Assembly (NCBI GenBank): GCA_024137785.1
Contig: JAHRHZ010000069.1
Coordinates: forward strand, 8,350,093 to 8,414,092
DNA from: Ginglymostoma cirratum
Taxonomy: Eukaryota
Length of the DNA: 64,000 nucleotides
Direction: 5' to 3'
The notes under the pieces are model-generated. The model did not search any database. It saw only the letters and a program-made list of their open reading frames with translations, and was not told where the DNA came from. The translations under genes were made by a program, and so were the position numbers. Positions 51,743-64,000 of the stretch are shown here, piece after piece. Numbering within the stretch: position 1 is the stretch's first letter; every line of letters begins with the position of its first letter.

Positions 51743-51958
51743 CAAAAACAGAAATTGCTGGAAAAACTCAGCAGGTCTGGCAGCATCTGTGAACAGAAAT
51801 CAGAACTAACATTTCAGGTCTGATGAAGGGTCACTGGACCTAAAATGTTAGCTCTGATTTCTCTCCACAAATGCTGCCAGACCTGCTGAGTTTTTTCGAC
51901 AATTTTTGCTTTTGTTTCTGGATTCCAGCATCCACAGTTCTTTCAGCCTTTTTTTGAG
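51743..51958. mobile_element. Family-B Penelope-like palindromic mini-element
   Basis: Perfect 12-bp TSD TAATTCAAGGCA (51731-51742, 51959-51970). Inverted arms with centre CTGATGA-A-GGGTC-ACTG-GACCT-AAAAT-GTT. Confidence 0.9.
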
Positions 51959-52064
51959 TAATTCAAGGCATCAGGTCTGGTCATTGAACTCTCAAAAGGT
52001 GTGAAGGCTAATTGGTCAATAGGAGAGTGTAGGGACATCAGGAGGCTTTCCAGCATAACTGACT

Positions 52065-52385
52065 TTGAATCATAGAATTGCTACACTATGGGAACAGGCC
52101 ATTCAGCCCATGAAGTCCACATTGACCCTCCGAACAGCATCCCATTCAGACACACATCCCTGTAACCCTGCATTTCCCACGCTTAACTTACACATCCCTC
52201 AACATTACAGGCAATTTAGCATGGCCAATCCACCTAACCTGCACATATTTGGACTGTGGGAGGGAAGCAGAGCAAACCCACACAGATATAGGGAGAATGT
52301 GCAAACTCCACACAGGCAGTTGCCCAAGTCTGGAATCAAACCTGAGACCCTGGAATTGTGAGGCAGCAGTGCCTGTGCCACCTTT
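52065..52385 (-). mobile_element. HE1-type V-SINE
   Basis: Reverse complement of the tRNA head, V-domain (tgtgtggagtttgcacattctccc) and CR1-like tail; homologous to 58042-58368. Confidence 0.85.
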
Positions 52386-54234
52386 GCTTTCAGGAACAAT
52401 CATTTATTGAAGTAATTATTTGCAGCCATTTTGTTTGCTTGTGATAAAAGCTGGCTGAGGAGAACCATCTCAACACCATGAAAAAGACATCTTAGTACAG
52501 AAAAGAAAGAAGACAATGATGTTCCACTAGCTAAAGGCTCCCTTACTGAATCATGCAATGCAAAAATCTATAGCATAAGGCATAAAATTGAAACAAAGGG
52601 AATATCACTCACCCCTTGAACCTGTTCTGCTTAGCCAACCCATGAGAGTAACTTATGAGTATTTGGTTACTGAAGCCATCACAATATTGAATCTGTCTTG
52701 AAGTTTCAACGCCTTCACTTCAGAAAAGGAAACTTCAAGTCTGCCAAGTCTGCCAAGCCTGCAACAATACTAGATATAAATTACATGGTCACTTTCATAA
52801 AATAATTTTATACTTACTCTAAATCTTTGTACATGTAATTTAGCTAATAATTTCACTATTGTTTTATTTAAGAAACTTTCAGCAATAGTTAAACTAACGT
52901 TTTATCTTGCCTGAAGCACAAAGCCGTGTTGCTGAATATTTTTCACAGAAACACTCAAAAAAGGAGGCTGCATATGAGTTATACAAATTTATAGTGGAGT
53001 CTCACTGACGTCATGCATAGTACATCGTTGTGACAATACTTGCACAGATCTTGTTCTTCTGGTAGAACTTCAACAACCACTGTGACAACAGTTCTTCTTT
53101 CACGTAAAAACAGAATTCCAAATTTCAAAGGCTTACGGAAGCAGAGCAAGTCAAATCATTAAATACGCAACACTGTGGATAAGACTGAGACAGTCAGGAT
53201 ACATAATCTGCAACATAGCACATTATTGCAGTTTGAACACCGATGTCCCCATACATTCCAGAATAAATTCATTATTATTGTACTGTATGACTGTTACATT
53301 TTATGTTGGTAAAGGAAAAGTAAGAATTTTGTGTTTGTATTGTGACTTTCACCATCTTAGGATGTCACAAAGTGCTTTACAGTCAGTATTGTACTTTGGA
53401 AATGTGGTCCCTTTTGTAATGTAGGCAACACAACAATCAGTTTGTGCACAGCAGAATCATCCAAATAGTAAAATGATCTCTCCTGCTCTTCTAAGTACTT
53501 TATGGGATTATTTATAATAGATTTTTGCCGTTCTCTGCGTACTTGACCAGAGTTGCTGGAAGTTGTGATCATTTGAGTTGTTCCCTGCATCTATTACTAT
53601 CCCATTGTGTCCTGTGTCTGAACGCAGGCATGTTTTCTTTTGGAGTTGTGGAATAATTGCAAGAACAATAAAGTAAAAAGATTGTTTTTTCTCAAAACAT
53701 TGTATAGTGGAATTTGTTGCAGAATTTTGAGGGACAATGTGCATCTGTATGTGTGTTTGTTTATTTTGAGAGGTGTTTTACGAAGTTGTCACCAAAGATG
53801 TTTAATTGTGTTCTACTGTCCACAAGAGAATTTAAACAATCAAATTTCTAATCAAAATATTTTGACAAGTATGACTGAATCTTGAGTAACTGCATACTAA
53901 AGAATGGATAGCTCAAAAATATTCCACACACTGTTAATACATTGGCATGGGTAAACGTAGCCATCCAGCCAGAAAAGTGAAAGGTTCTACAGATTTTTTT
54001 GGTAGGCTCCCAGTGTCAAGAGACAAACTCATGCTATTGTTAGAGCATTGGAATACTCAGTCTGACTACTTCAGCTCACTACACATAAAATTATCAAACA
54101 GTATAACTCAGAAGGAAGCCAATTGGCCACTTACATTTGTACTAGCTCTTTCAAAGAGCTACAACTGTAGATGAGAAAAGTGGTGAAGATTATGGAAATG
54201 AAATAGAGCAGTCCAGATATTTAACAAGATCACA

Positions 54235-54830
54235 ATGTCCCAGACACTGCTATTATCATCCTTATGGATGGCTTGTTCTGCCAGTAGCACAGACCCACCA
54301 GACATAACAGGTGTGCATAATCAAGAAGGAGTTGCCATGGGAGTCCTCAGCATTGGCTCTGGACCCCATGAAGTCTCATAGTATCAGGTCAAATATAGGC
54401 GAAGAAACCTCCAGCTTGTTGCCACCTTTCGCACTCCCCTCAGCTGATGAATTGGTGCTTGCCCATATTGAATAACACTTGGAGGAGGCACTGAGGGAAG
54501 CAACAGCACCAAATATCTCTGAATGAAGAACTTCAATGTCAATGACCAAGAGTAGCTCAGTAGCATGACTACTGACTGAACTGACCAGGTCCGAAAGAGC
54601 ACAGCTGCAAGATTGGGAATGCAGAATGTGGTGGAGATGAAGTTCCATCTTTACATTAAGGACACCCAAAATTGTGTCTTGTATCATGACGAGTTAAATC
54701 AGATAGACTTTGAAGAGATGCAGCAACTCAAATCTGAGCACCCATGAGGCACTGCGGGCCATCAGCAGCAAAGATTTACTTAAACACAACCTCAGCTTCA
54801 TGGCCTGGCATAACAACCCCTGGTTCAATG
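54235..54830 (+). mobile_element. LINE AP-endonuclease domain remnant (CR1/L2 group)
   Basis: Decayed reading GPHEVS..QVK.....L....F.-.SADE.VL.HIE.HLEEAL...NFNV..QE is typical of LINE ORF2 endonuclease. Confidence 0.65.
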
Positions 54831-57764
54831 AATGTTGGTCTAACTAACAAAGCCTACATCCCTGAATGAATAGAGCAAACATTATTTGTATTAGCATAAT
54901 GCTCAACAAAGCTTCAGGAGGATTCTAAACATGCATGCACTTAAAGACTGCGCGAGTGCAAATTAACAGAACTGCTGATCCTTGAGTTTAGGAACAGAAG
55001 CAGTCAACAAAATGCTTGGTCTCTGTGAAAGCATAGAGGGCAAAATGTCGATGGGTTTTATCTGTGGTTTCTCTAGTACTTAGCTGAAGAGATGATCAAG
55101 AAATAAATATGCCTATGTGTCTCCCAAAAAAATGGTCAGGAAACATTTTGTGTGCAGCTGGGAGACCTTCTGCACATTTTTGTATAGAGACCTGTGTAAC
55201 ATTTTCCAAATATCCCAAATCAACTACACAACCTGTTAATAGTACTATTTTCGTACTTATATAACTTTTTATTGTCACTCTAACCAGATACCTTGAACTA
55301 CCTTCAACACAACCCAATATTGGGTAGTCATTGAGGGATGATATACTAGCTGCAGGATGATGACTAATGCCAAATGAAAACTCTGTCCCTTTACAAATAA
55401 AAGGACATATGTAGCCTCTTTATAAAGCTCACCTTTACAAGGCAAAAGAATGAGAAGGAGTTGCAACCAGATGGCGGATCACAAAAGGGTAAGTTCCAAA
55501 TAAATAGAGCTGAAAAATATCCTGTCTGGTTTTGTCTTGTATGGTCCTCTTTCAGAGTTTTGTAATTCACATCTGTACTCTTAAACACTTTCTTCATTAA
55601 GTTTAGGCTTTTGTTGCAACTCATGGAGGTATATAAATGCTACTTCTGATACAACATGTCTCAAGTTCAATTTACAAACATTTATCATGAAGAGGTCTGA
55701 ACTACAACCTTTTGTTAGAATTCCCATAGTGTATTATCAGCAGGCTGTATTTCCCTTGAAATTAACACATATATAGTTGGGGAAAAGTTCCCTTCAATCA
55801 ACTGTAATTACCTTTCTAAATAAGAAGGTTTTTAAAGGGGGCCATATGTGGAGATCAGAGTCCTCATCAGCCAATACCTGATTTACAAATCCATTGTCAT
55901 GATGTTGCAGTTACACATGTTTCCAAAAAATTTTTTTTAAGTTGAGTAGGAATCATTCCTATGTAATTATACATCACAATATTTTTAGTGAAAAGCTCAA
56001 TCCCAGACTGCAATCTGACTAATAGATCACATTTATTTTTATTTTAATAGGATGGACTTTCATAAGAACACGTGCAATGTTGCAGATTGGATTTTGACAA
56101 TAAAATAGAGGTTTATTACATAAAAGAAATACAGATAAAATAAAACAAATTATTTACATGTCACACAAGTTGTCTAATTTCAAAACACACATTTAGGGAC
56201 AATATGCCATCAATACCTTTATAGTCCTTAAAGACAAGAGAGAGAAAATTCCCTTCACGATCACAGCCGTAGGATAGACTTTACTGGTGCTTTCAATTCC
56301 TTTCCTTGAAAATCTGATAGTCCTGTGAATACTTAAGGAACAGACTGAGTTTAGACTTTCTTGAAGTACTTTTTTCAAAGTAAATTGTGTATGTAGTTTT
56401 TTTAAAAATAGGAATCGGGGACTATGCCAGTTATATTTTAACATGGTTCATACTCTACAGAGTGAGGCCTCACAGCACATCAACTGGTCTTTCCAAAACT
56501 TATGAATAGGTAATAAGATACTATAATTAGGCATTTGTTAGAAACAAAAATTGATGGATATATTAATTGATTGAACAGTACAAGAGTTTAATAAAGAATG
56601 TGTAGAAATTCAATTGGATCACAGGAATAATATTTCTAGACAGTCTACTGTTTGTGTAAAAATGTATGGAAACCACTAAGGAAATGATTTTCACTACAAC
56701 AATAATCTAAATTTATCCTACAGTGGAAACACTAATTAGCATATTTTTTATAAGTATGTATTAATGTTACATAGCACAATATGAAGTAAGTTTGTAGTTA
56801 CAACTATTACCTTAATAAACTCTTGGAACATTACAGCTTGCTTGAATGTCAGGTCATTAATTCCTACTTGTAAAACTAAATATGTGGCAATGACTGTGTT
56901 GGCTCATGTAATGCATTGCCAAACCTGAGATTGATCAGAAATCTCTTGTGGTGATGCTGACACTGGCTGAAAGTAAAATGAACTAACGTATTCTCATCAT
57001 ATGTCACTCTATACAGAAATCAGTAGAGGGAAATATGTCTTCTTAGGCTAACAAACATACTTTTGAGAACAGTTTTTCTTTAAGAAACTTCCATTCAAAA
57101 GTTGTCTATCAACCCAAAATGTCAAATAGTAACCCTATTTGTCAGTGATTCTAATATAAGAACCCAACACTAATTGTTTTCAGAGATATTTCAGAAGATG
57201 AATTGTCTTCTTAAAGATTCAGAGAAATAGAAAAATCTAAACTAATATGTGCTGATTAAGCAGCAAAGAACTCAATGTGACAAGTCAAATGTCAATCTCA
57301 TTAATGACTAAATTGAACAGAACATAAATTAAAATGCTAATAAATGTAATAACTTATGGGAATTCAGCTAATAAATCAGGTTGGAAGCCTGAGATATATT
57401 GTCTGTTACTTTGCAGTTGACCCATTCCTGTTGTATTTTTATTTTTTTTAATCAACCTGTTCAAGGATGTTATTATACACCTCTGGAGTAGGTGGAACTT
57501 GAAGCCAGTTTTCTTCGTCCGGGGTGGGACCCTGATCCTTTCCTGTTGAATTAAGTATAACAAGCACTTGCGCCTGGAATAGGTGCACAAACGTAAATAG
57601 ATTGGCCATGAGGTGGGAATGTGACCCTAACTCTTAGGTCATTTTCCTGGGCATCCTTTAGCAGAAAGCCAAAACTAGAGAGCATTTGTTTGTACCGCCA
57701 GTGCCTTCGAATCAAGATAGCAAGATAGACATCAAGATTAGAGGATTCACCCGCCAATATCACC

Positions 57765-58400
57765 ATAAGATGTAGGAACAGAACTAGGCCATTCAGTCTA
57801 CTGAATTTGATCCACTTTTCAATGAGATCATGGCTGATCTAATAATCCTCAAGTCTACTTTCACTCCTATTCTCCATAACCTTGGTTCACTCAGTGGTTA
57901 AAAATCAGTATCTCATTCTTGAATATACTTAACAAGCCATCCTCTCTGGCTATCTGAGATAAAGAATTCCACAGATTCACTTCCCTCTGGGGAACGAAAT
58001 TCCTCCTCATCTCTGTCCTAATTGAGCAACACCTTACTTTAGGGCAGCATGGTGGCTCAGTGGTTAGCACTACTGCCTCACAGCTCCAGGGACCCAGATT
58101 CAATTCTACCCTCGGGCAACTGTCTGTGTGGAGTTTGCACATTCTCCCTGTGTCTGCATGGGTTTTCTCCGGACACTCCGGTTTCCTCCCACACTCCAAA
58201 GATGTGCAGGATTGGTGGATTGGCCATGCCAAATTGCCCGTAGTGTACACTCAGGGATGTGTAACTTAGGTGGGTTATAAGGGGATGGGTCTGGGTGGGA
58301 TGCTTCAAGGTTCAGTGTGGACTTGTTGGGCCGAAGGGCCTGTTTGCACACTGTAGGGATTCTATGATACTCTGATATTAAACCCTCTGGTTCTGGCTTG
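57765..58400 (-). mobile_element. CR1 3' tail interrupted by an HE1 SINE
   Basis: ccataagatgtaggaacagaactaggccattcag...gaattccacagattcac; resumes after 58368 (ccctctggttctgg). Confidence 0.75.
58042..58368 (+). mobile_element. HE1-type V-SINE (full length)
   Basis: GGGCAGCATGGTGGCTCAGTGGTTAGCAC A-box, gattcaattc B-box, V-domain, tail ...gggccgaagggcctgttt...gattctatga. Confidence 0.9.
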
Positions 58401-59994
58401 TTATACACATATTGCAAAAATTACATTAACAAGTTATGTAAGTCACAGCTTCTCAATGAACTCTCATTTCATCTTTAAAATGAGCATTAGTGATAGTGGG
58501 TGGCATCAGAATTTTTGCTTCATGTGTCAGGAAATGAGCTCATTTAAAAAACGTTCTCCGAGCAGCAGGATGGTTAAAACATTGAAGATCCTCCTGGGCA
58601 AGCATTAATTCTCGTTCATTTTCTGGCATACGGCCTGTCCTTCGGAGATTTCTTTATGGAAGGTTCATAAAGCTGCAAAATCTGCAAGCAAATTATCACA
58701 GCTGCAAAACTCCTCCAAAGTTTGCAAATGGTGGAAAAGTTTCCAGTGCCCTTTTTTTGCCTGTTTGAGCTTGCACAAAACTCGTCCAAAACAAGAAAAA
58801 TAGAAAACATTGACTTTTTTTCTTGAAAGTAGATGTTCACGAATATATGATAATTAGGAAAAACAAAAATGTATCTAACCCTTTGCATCTGTACTGCCAT
58901 TCACATAGATTATGACTGACCTGCACACTGAGCTCCATTTACTTGCCTTTGTTCTTGCTTGATACACTTAACATTAATTAGTCGCAATGTGTTGGAGATC
59001 TGCCAATGACTTCCACCAAATTGCCTTTTCTGTTTTACTCAGCTAACCAGAGTTTTGCGATGGAATGTAAAGAAAACGTATAGATTACTTAATTGATAAT
59101 TCTTCATTGCAAAATGACAGAATGCATTGAGTAAAGCAGATTGTGCAGTACAGGCAAAACAGATGAACAGCTATGCCTCAGCAGCTATTTGCTTTTCGGT
59201 TGTTATTGGCCGTGCATTGAAAGACACTGGAATCATTTTATTCAATTGTGTTTTAGCTACAGGTGCTTTCAGTGAGTAGAAATAAAGGGTAAATAAACAC
59301 AGCAAGTATGGCTTGCAGTAAAACTCTGGATGTGGCACATTATTGCTGATTAAAAAAAAAACACAGCAGCCCAGAGGTTTTTAGAAGCAGGTGAAGAATG
59401 ACAGAAATGATCTGATTTTCTTGTCCTATACTCAGTGTATACTCAACATACACTCCAGTATTTTAAGCTGCCCTCAATGTTTCAACTCTTGTGCCAGCTT
59501 ATTAATGCTTTACATGATTAAAAAAGATCTCTTTCTCCAAGATTAATCATTGTATGAATCAAGGAGGGTAAACTGGATGGCAAGACCTGAGGCCATTCGA
59601 ACTAAGCAAATTGGTTGGATGGTGAATATGGCTTCTCTGATTACATTGATTAAAGGCTATAATTAAAGCAGACTCATTTTTTGTTAAATGCAGGGAAAAC
59701 ATTGTAAGTAGAAATATAAGTACATTTAGCGTAAATCTGCTGTTATCCCCACTGATATTGCAGGCAATTGATTTTGCGTTTTCACTCAAGTTCTTGTCTG
59801 CATGGATGGAGGCCTATATTCAGCTATCTTTGAACATGTAGCTTCATTGAGACTATTGTCAGCTTTTTGTTGGTTTCTAAGCTGGTACTTTACATTCTTT
59901 CCTTGCCTTGTTCCAAGTCTGCAAATTGACAATCCTGGTTGCCAAACCAGTCCTAAGCACAATAAAAGCATGTGATTTTGTGAACAGAAAATTT

Positions 59995-61035
59995 CTACGT
60001 AAGTCTGTTCAAAACTAAAGAACTGATCATCGACTTCAGAAAGAAGGGAGGAGAATATGCCACATTTACATCAATGGAACTGAGGTTGAGATAGTGATGA
60101 GCATTAAGTTCCTCGGAGTGACAATAACCGACCTGTCCTGGACTTCCCATGTAAATGCAACAGTCAAGAAGGCACAACAAAGCCTCTTCTTCCTCAGGCA
60201 GCTCAGGAAATTTGACATGTCCATAAGGTCCCTCAACAAATTCTACAGATGCACCATTGAAAGCATACTGTCTGGGTGCATAACAGCCTGATATGGCAAC
60301 TGCTCTGACCAGAACTGTAAGAAACTACAGAAGGTGGTGTGCACAGCCCAGACCATCATGGAAGCCAACCTTCCATCCATGGACTCCATTTACATGTCTC
60401 GCTGCAGCAGAAAGGAGGCCAACATCGTCAAAGACGATCCCATCGCACCCTGGTAATGACCTCCTATAACCTCTTTCATCCTCTTCCATCAGGCAGAAGA
60501 TACAGAATAGAGAAGAGAATATCTTGTATTGTCACTTGTACTACAATACGAAAGTATAGGAGTACAGTGAAAAGTTTCTACAATGGCTGCCTTTTAAAGG
60601 CGCCATCTTAATTACAAGTACCTAGGTACAAATCTTACAGATTTTAAAAAAAAAGTGGTCTTACACAAAGAGGATTAAAGGAAAGCATAAACATTACTCA
60701 GGGGTAGATTAAATATAACATGTGGCACCAAGCCCAAGTCCGGCAACTATCCTGCATCTCCAGTCCGCTCCTCACTGGCACTCAACAGCAACCAGGTAAG
60801 TCACGCTGTACCGGGATTCATTCCTCCTGAACACATGCACAAGCAGGTTCAGCAACAACTTCTTTCCGGCCGTAATCAGACTGTTGAATGGACTCTAGCT
60901 TCAAATAATGTAACCTCCAATGTAACCTGTATGCTTCTAAGTCTTTTTGATCTGTACATCCTTTGCTTGCCAAGATCTGCTTGTACAGCTCATAAACAAA
61001 GCTTTTCACTGTATTTTGTTACACGTAACGATAAA
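59995..61035 (+). mobile_element. Rex1/Babar-type LINE 3' fragment with an inverted insert at about 60506-60815
   Basis: KTKELIIDFRK; FLGVTITDLSWTSHVNATVKKAQQSLFFLRQLRKF; FYRCTIESILSGCITA; LPSGRRYR; resumes with ttctttccggccgtaatcagactgttgaa. Confidence 0.85.
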
Positions 61036-62459
61036 ATTCTTGTCTTATCCTTATTAAATGGAGGTATAATGTAAAATATAGATATAGCTGTATGGTTATA
61101 TCAGAAATGTCTATTAGAAATATACCAATGACGGGTTTTAGTTGAAGCAAACCTTCAGGCTGAGAAAAAATGTAATTGATTTCCATGTAACTTAATGAAT
61201 TACTTACTGAGTGTTGATAGCTATGTGACTGAACTAATCTATAGTCATGATTGTTCATTCGCCTTTGAGATCAGGCTTTGAATCCGGTAGGATTTTCTGG
61301 CTTTAAATGTTTTAAGTCAAAAGAGTTTGGGAACTCTAATCAACTTTGGGTGGGTGGGTGGATGACTGCAGATCAAAATTTCAAAGTCCTTTAATTACAG
61401 AGTAAGCATACTTGTCCCTTTATAGCTGAAATCCCACATTTTAACAGTTAGACCCCACTCTGACTATGATACATAAAAACTGCAATGAGCAAAACTGCAA
61501 CAAGTACATTTGTTTCTATGCTTTAGAAAACAGCCATTCAGTTCAATAGATCTATGCAAGCATTTGTGCCCTTACAAGCCTCTTTCAGATACTTTGCTTT
61601 AAAAAAAAAATAAATATTTTAAAAGATTATTTACAAATTGAACATCTTTCAAGATTTTGCTCTCTCCAGTTCACAAAAATAAAATGAACTTTGACTTTCA
61701 TGTCATACTTCAAAGTGAACCTCAAGCTCTGACCCACTGAAGCTGTTACCTAAGAACTGAAACATTTGGGCTGTTCGTTCTGAAGCGTAGGGAGTTTAGA
61801 TATTTTTATGCTTCCAGTTCTGACATTTTATGACACCCCTTAAATCTAGGCCTCCTGGCTCAAAGATAGAGACACTTCCACTGCACCACAAGCATCCGTC
61901 ACAGCAAACTTAGCATTCTGAATCTAATAATAGTTTCTCAGCTCCAGGCCCCAATATTTTCTGACAATTCGGTGTTTGAGTTCAGCTTGGCAATAGTCCA
62001 AGGCGAAGTAGCTATCATTTTGTTTGCCTTGCTAGAATTCCAGGACCGGAGTGACCAACTAACCAGCATTTATAAGCACGTGCAACTTGGACAAATTCGA
62101 TTCTTCTCCCCTATTGTTTCATCCTTTAATTGCTAATGTGATTGCGAACAGGGCATTTTCTACAACTGTGACCTGTTGCAAACAGAAAACATTGTTTTAA
62201 ACACGAGTGATAACTAAAGAAGAAATACTGTTTGTTCCTGATGTGTCGTGCATGAATCATAATTCAGTGATAAGAATAATTCACATTGTTGAATTCACAT
62301 TGCCAGGAATGAAACCATTTGCAACAAGTCGTAAGAGCACAATAATATCTTTCGAGATGGAAGGAGTCAATACTTCTGAGAGGATGCAGAGCAGATGATG
62401 TATGAGATGCAATACCATGGATTTTGGATTTCTGTTCGTTGGAGAAACTGAAGGAGGCA

Positions 62460-63200
62460 TAGTGCTGTCTTAGAGTAGAGGAGGTAAAGGGATTTGATAG
62501 ACATGTTCAAAATCACGAATAGTTATGACAGATTAAAACCCAAAGGATAGAGGAGGATTTGTTTGCTGTGACAGAAGGGTTAGTTTTGATATAACACAGA
62601 TTTAAGATAATTCATAAAAGGACTGGAGACAAAATGAGAAACATTTTTGTGCAGTGAATTGTTATACTCTGGAATTCACTGCCTAAAGGCTGGTGGAAGT
62701 AGGTACATTAAATTTCCAAAAGGGGAATTGGATAAATATTTCAAAAGGTATATAAGACAATGAGAGAAACCTTGAATTAATGGCATTCTGCAGAGGAGAT
62801 CTATTAGAATGGCCATTGGCATGAATGAGTTCAGTAATTTGGAGAGTTGAGAAACTGGAATTTCTTTTGTAATGGGGATATTTAATAAGGTGTTCAGAAT
62901 CACCATAGGTTTTGATAAGAGTAATTACAGAGAAACTGACAGAGATTTAAGACAGCTGACAAAATAGTCAGAGCTAATGTGAGATGAAACTCTAATATGC
63001 AGCAAATTATGACTTGGTATGGGTGGGCACTGTGTGAAAAGGCAATGGAAGCAGATATATTGAGAGTTTCTGAAGTAGCTTGTGATGAATAACTGTAGAG
63101 GAAAAAAATGCAAAGTTTATGGGGAATGGGCAGGAGAATGAAATTAATTAGCCCTACTTTCTATAATAAAAGCTAACATGGGTTGAAAGGCTTTTTTCTT
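62460..63200 (+). mobile_element. Two decayed CR1 3'-end fragments
   Basis: gggatttgatagacatgttcaaaatca...ctctggaattcactgcct, and a second tttaataaggtgttcagaatca...ttatggggaatgggcagga. Confidence 0.55.
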
Positions 63201-64000
63201 ATTTATATATCTTATAATGGTCTTCATTTAAGAACATTTAAAAAATCCCGATTTTTCTGTGTTCTATGCAAGCTAGAGAATTTTATTTTATTCCTACAAA
63301 GAAACAGATGCCAATAACAATTGAAAATAGTAGTTATAAATAAGAAAGAGCAAGAGTAATAAGACAGTATCCATATTTCTCTGTTTAGAAATGGAGAGAT
63401 ATAAGCTGAACTAAGTCATTGTTTATAATCTAGATCAAATGCCAAGCCACATGGTCAAAGAAATGTTTTAAAAAACTCTCGTTCCAAAGCTTGAAGCTTT
63501 AAGGAAAAACATTTCAATTTCGTGAACCATTATTTGTGAGTGCCTTTTTGGCTCTTCAAACCTGAGAAAAGGAAAGATAAATTTCTTTGTTCCTAATATT
63601 GTTATTATAGATAAATTTTGAATGAGCAACTGTAGCTTGAAGTTAAAATGCAGATCAGACTAGTATCTTTAAATATATATTTCTTTTATTTCTCTTTAGC
63701 AACTTGGGTTTTAAATTGTCAACAAATCCTGTTCCATTATATTCAAACAAATTTTAATTACCCCAGGGACAGTGTTTGCTACAAATAAGAAATTCGCTCT
63801 AAGTAGGTTAAAGAAAATAACAATGACAGGAGTTGGAGCCAAGTTTATTTCAGGGTCATTGAAAAATCAAGTTACAGTCTTCAAGTTGATTATTTTCAGA
63901 GAAGACAAAATTTATAGTGTTTGTCCATTGTTTTAATGGAAGTTTTGATGTTTACCATTTCAAATTCTGTCTCAGAAACTGAAAGAATGCTGAACCCTGA

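Noticed and set aside
47201-51958. Recurrent palindromic repeats as CRISPR arrays or DNA-transposon MITEs
   Set aside because: Eukaryotic context with no regular repeat-spacer periodicity. Asymmetric arms, long variable TSDs and hammerhead cores favour a Penelope-type retroelement origin.
58042-58110. tRNA-like sequences (also 18165, 18980, 52320-52385)
   Set aside because: SINE heads continuing into SINE bodies; not complete tRNA genes.

Overview
Eukaryotic, repeat-rich vertebrate DNA. The repeat complement (HE1-type V-SINEs, Deu-domain SINEs, abundant CR1 LINEs, Penelope-type palindromes) points to a cartilaginous fish (shark). The only intact host coding sequence is the first coding exon of a group III metabotropic glutamate receptor on the minus strand (44460-44945). 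GRM6 is favoured over GRM7. It has a CpG/GC-rich promoter and leader and a following intron of at least 44 kb that fills the left part of the window. The intron contains a decayed RPL36 retrocopy, a solo LTR nested in a CR1 LINE and unidentified fossil coiled-coil-like coding DNA. The most striking system is a set of about 12 short, often palindromic, TSD-flanked elements from three families. Where the hairpin centre is sequenced and retained, it carries a minimal hammerhead-ribozyme motif (CUGANGA-A-stem II-GAAAC-GUH), i.e. Penelope-like pLTR or retrozyme-like mini-elements. One copy has an intact catalytic core 2.3 kb upstream of the receptor ATG. Both 400-N gaps coincide with these hairpins. 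All calls are from reading the sequence; no searches were run.
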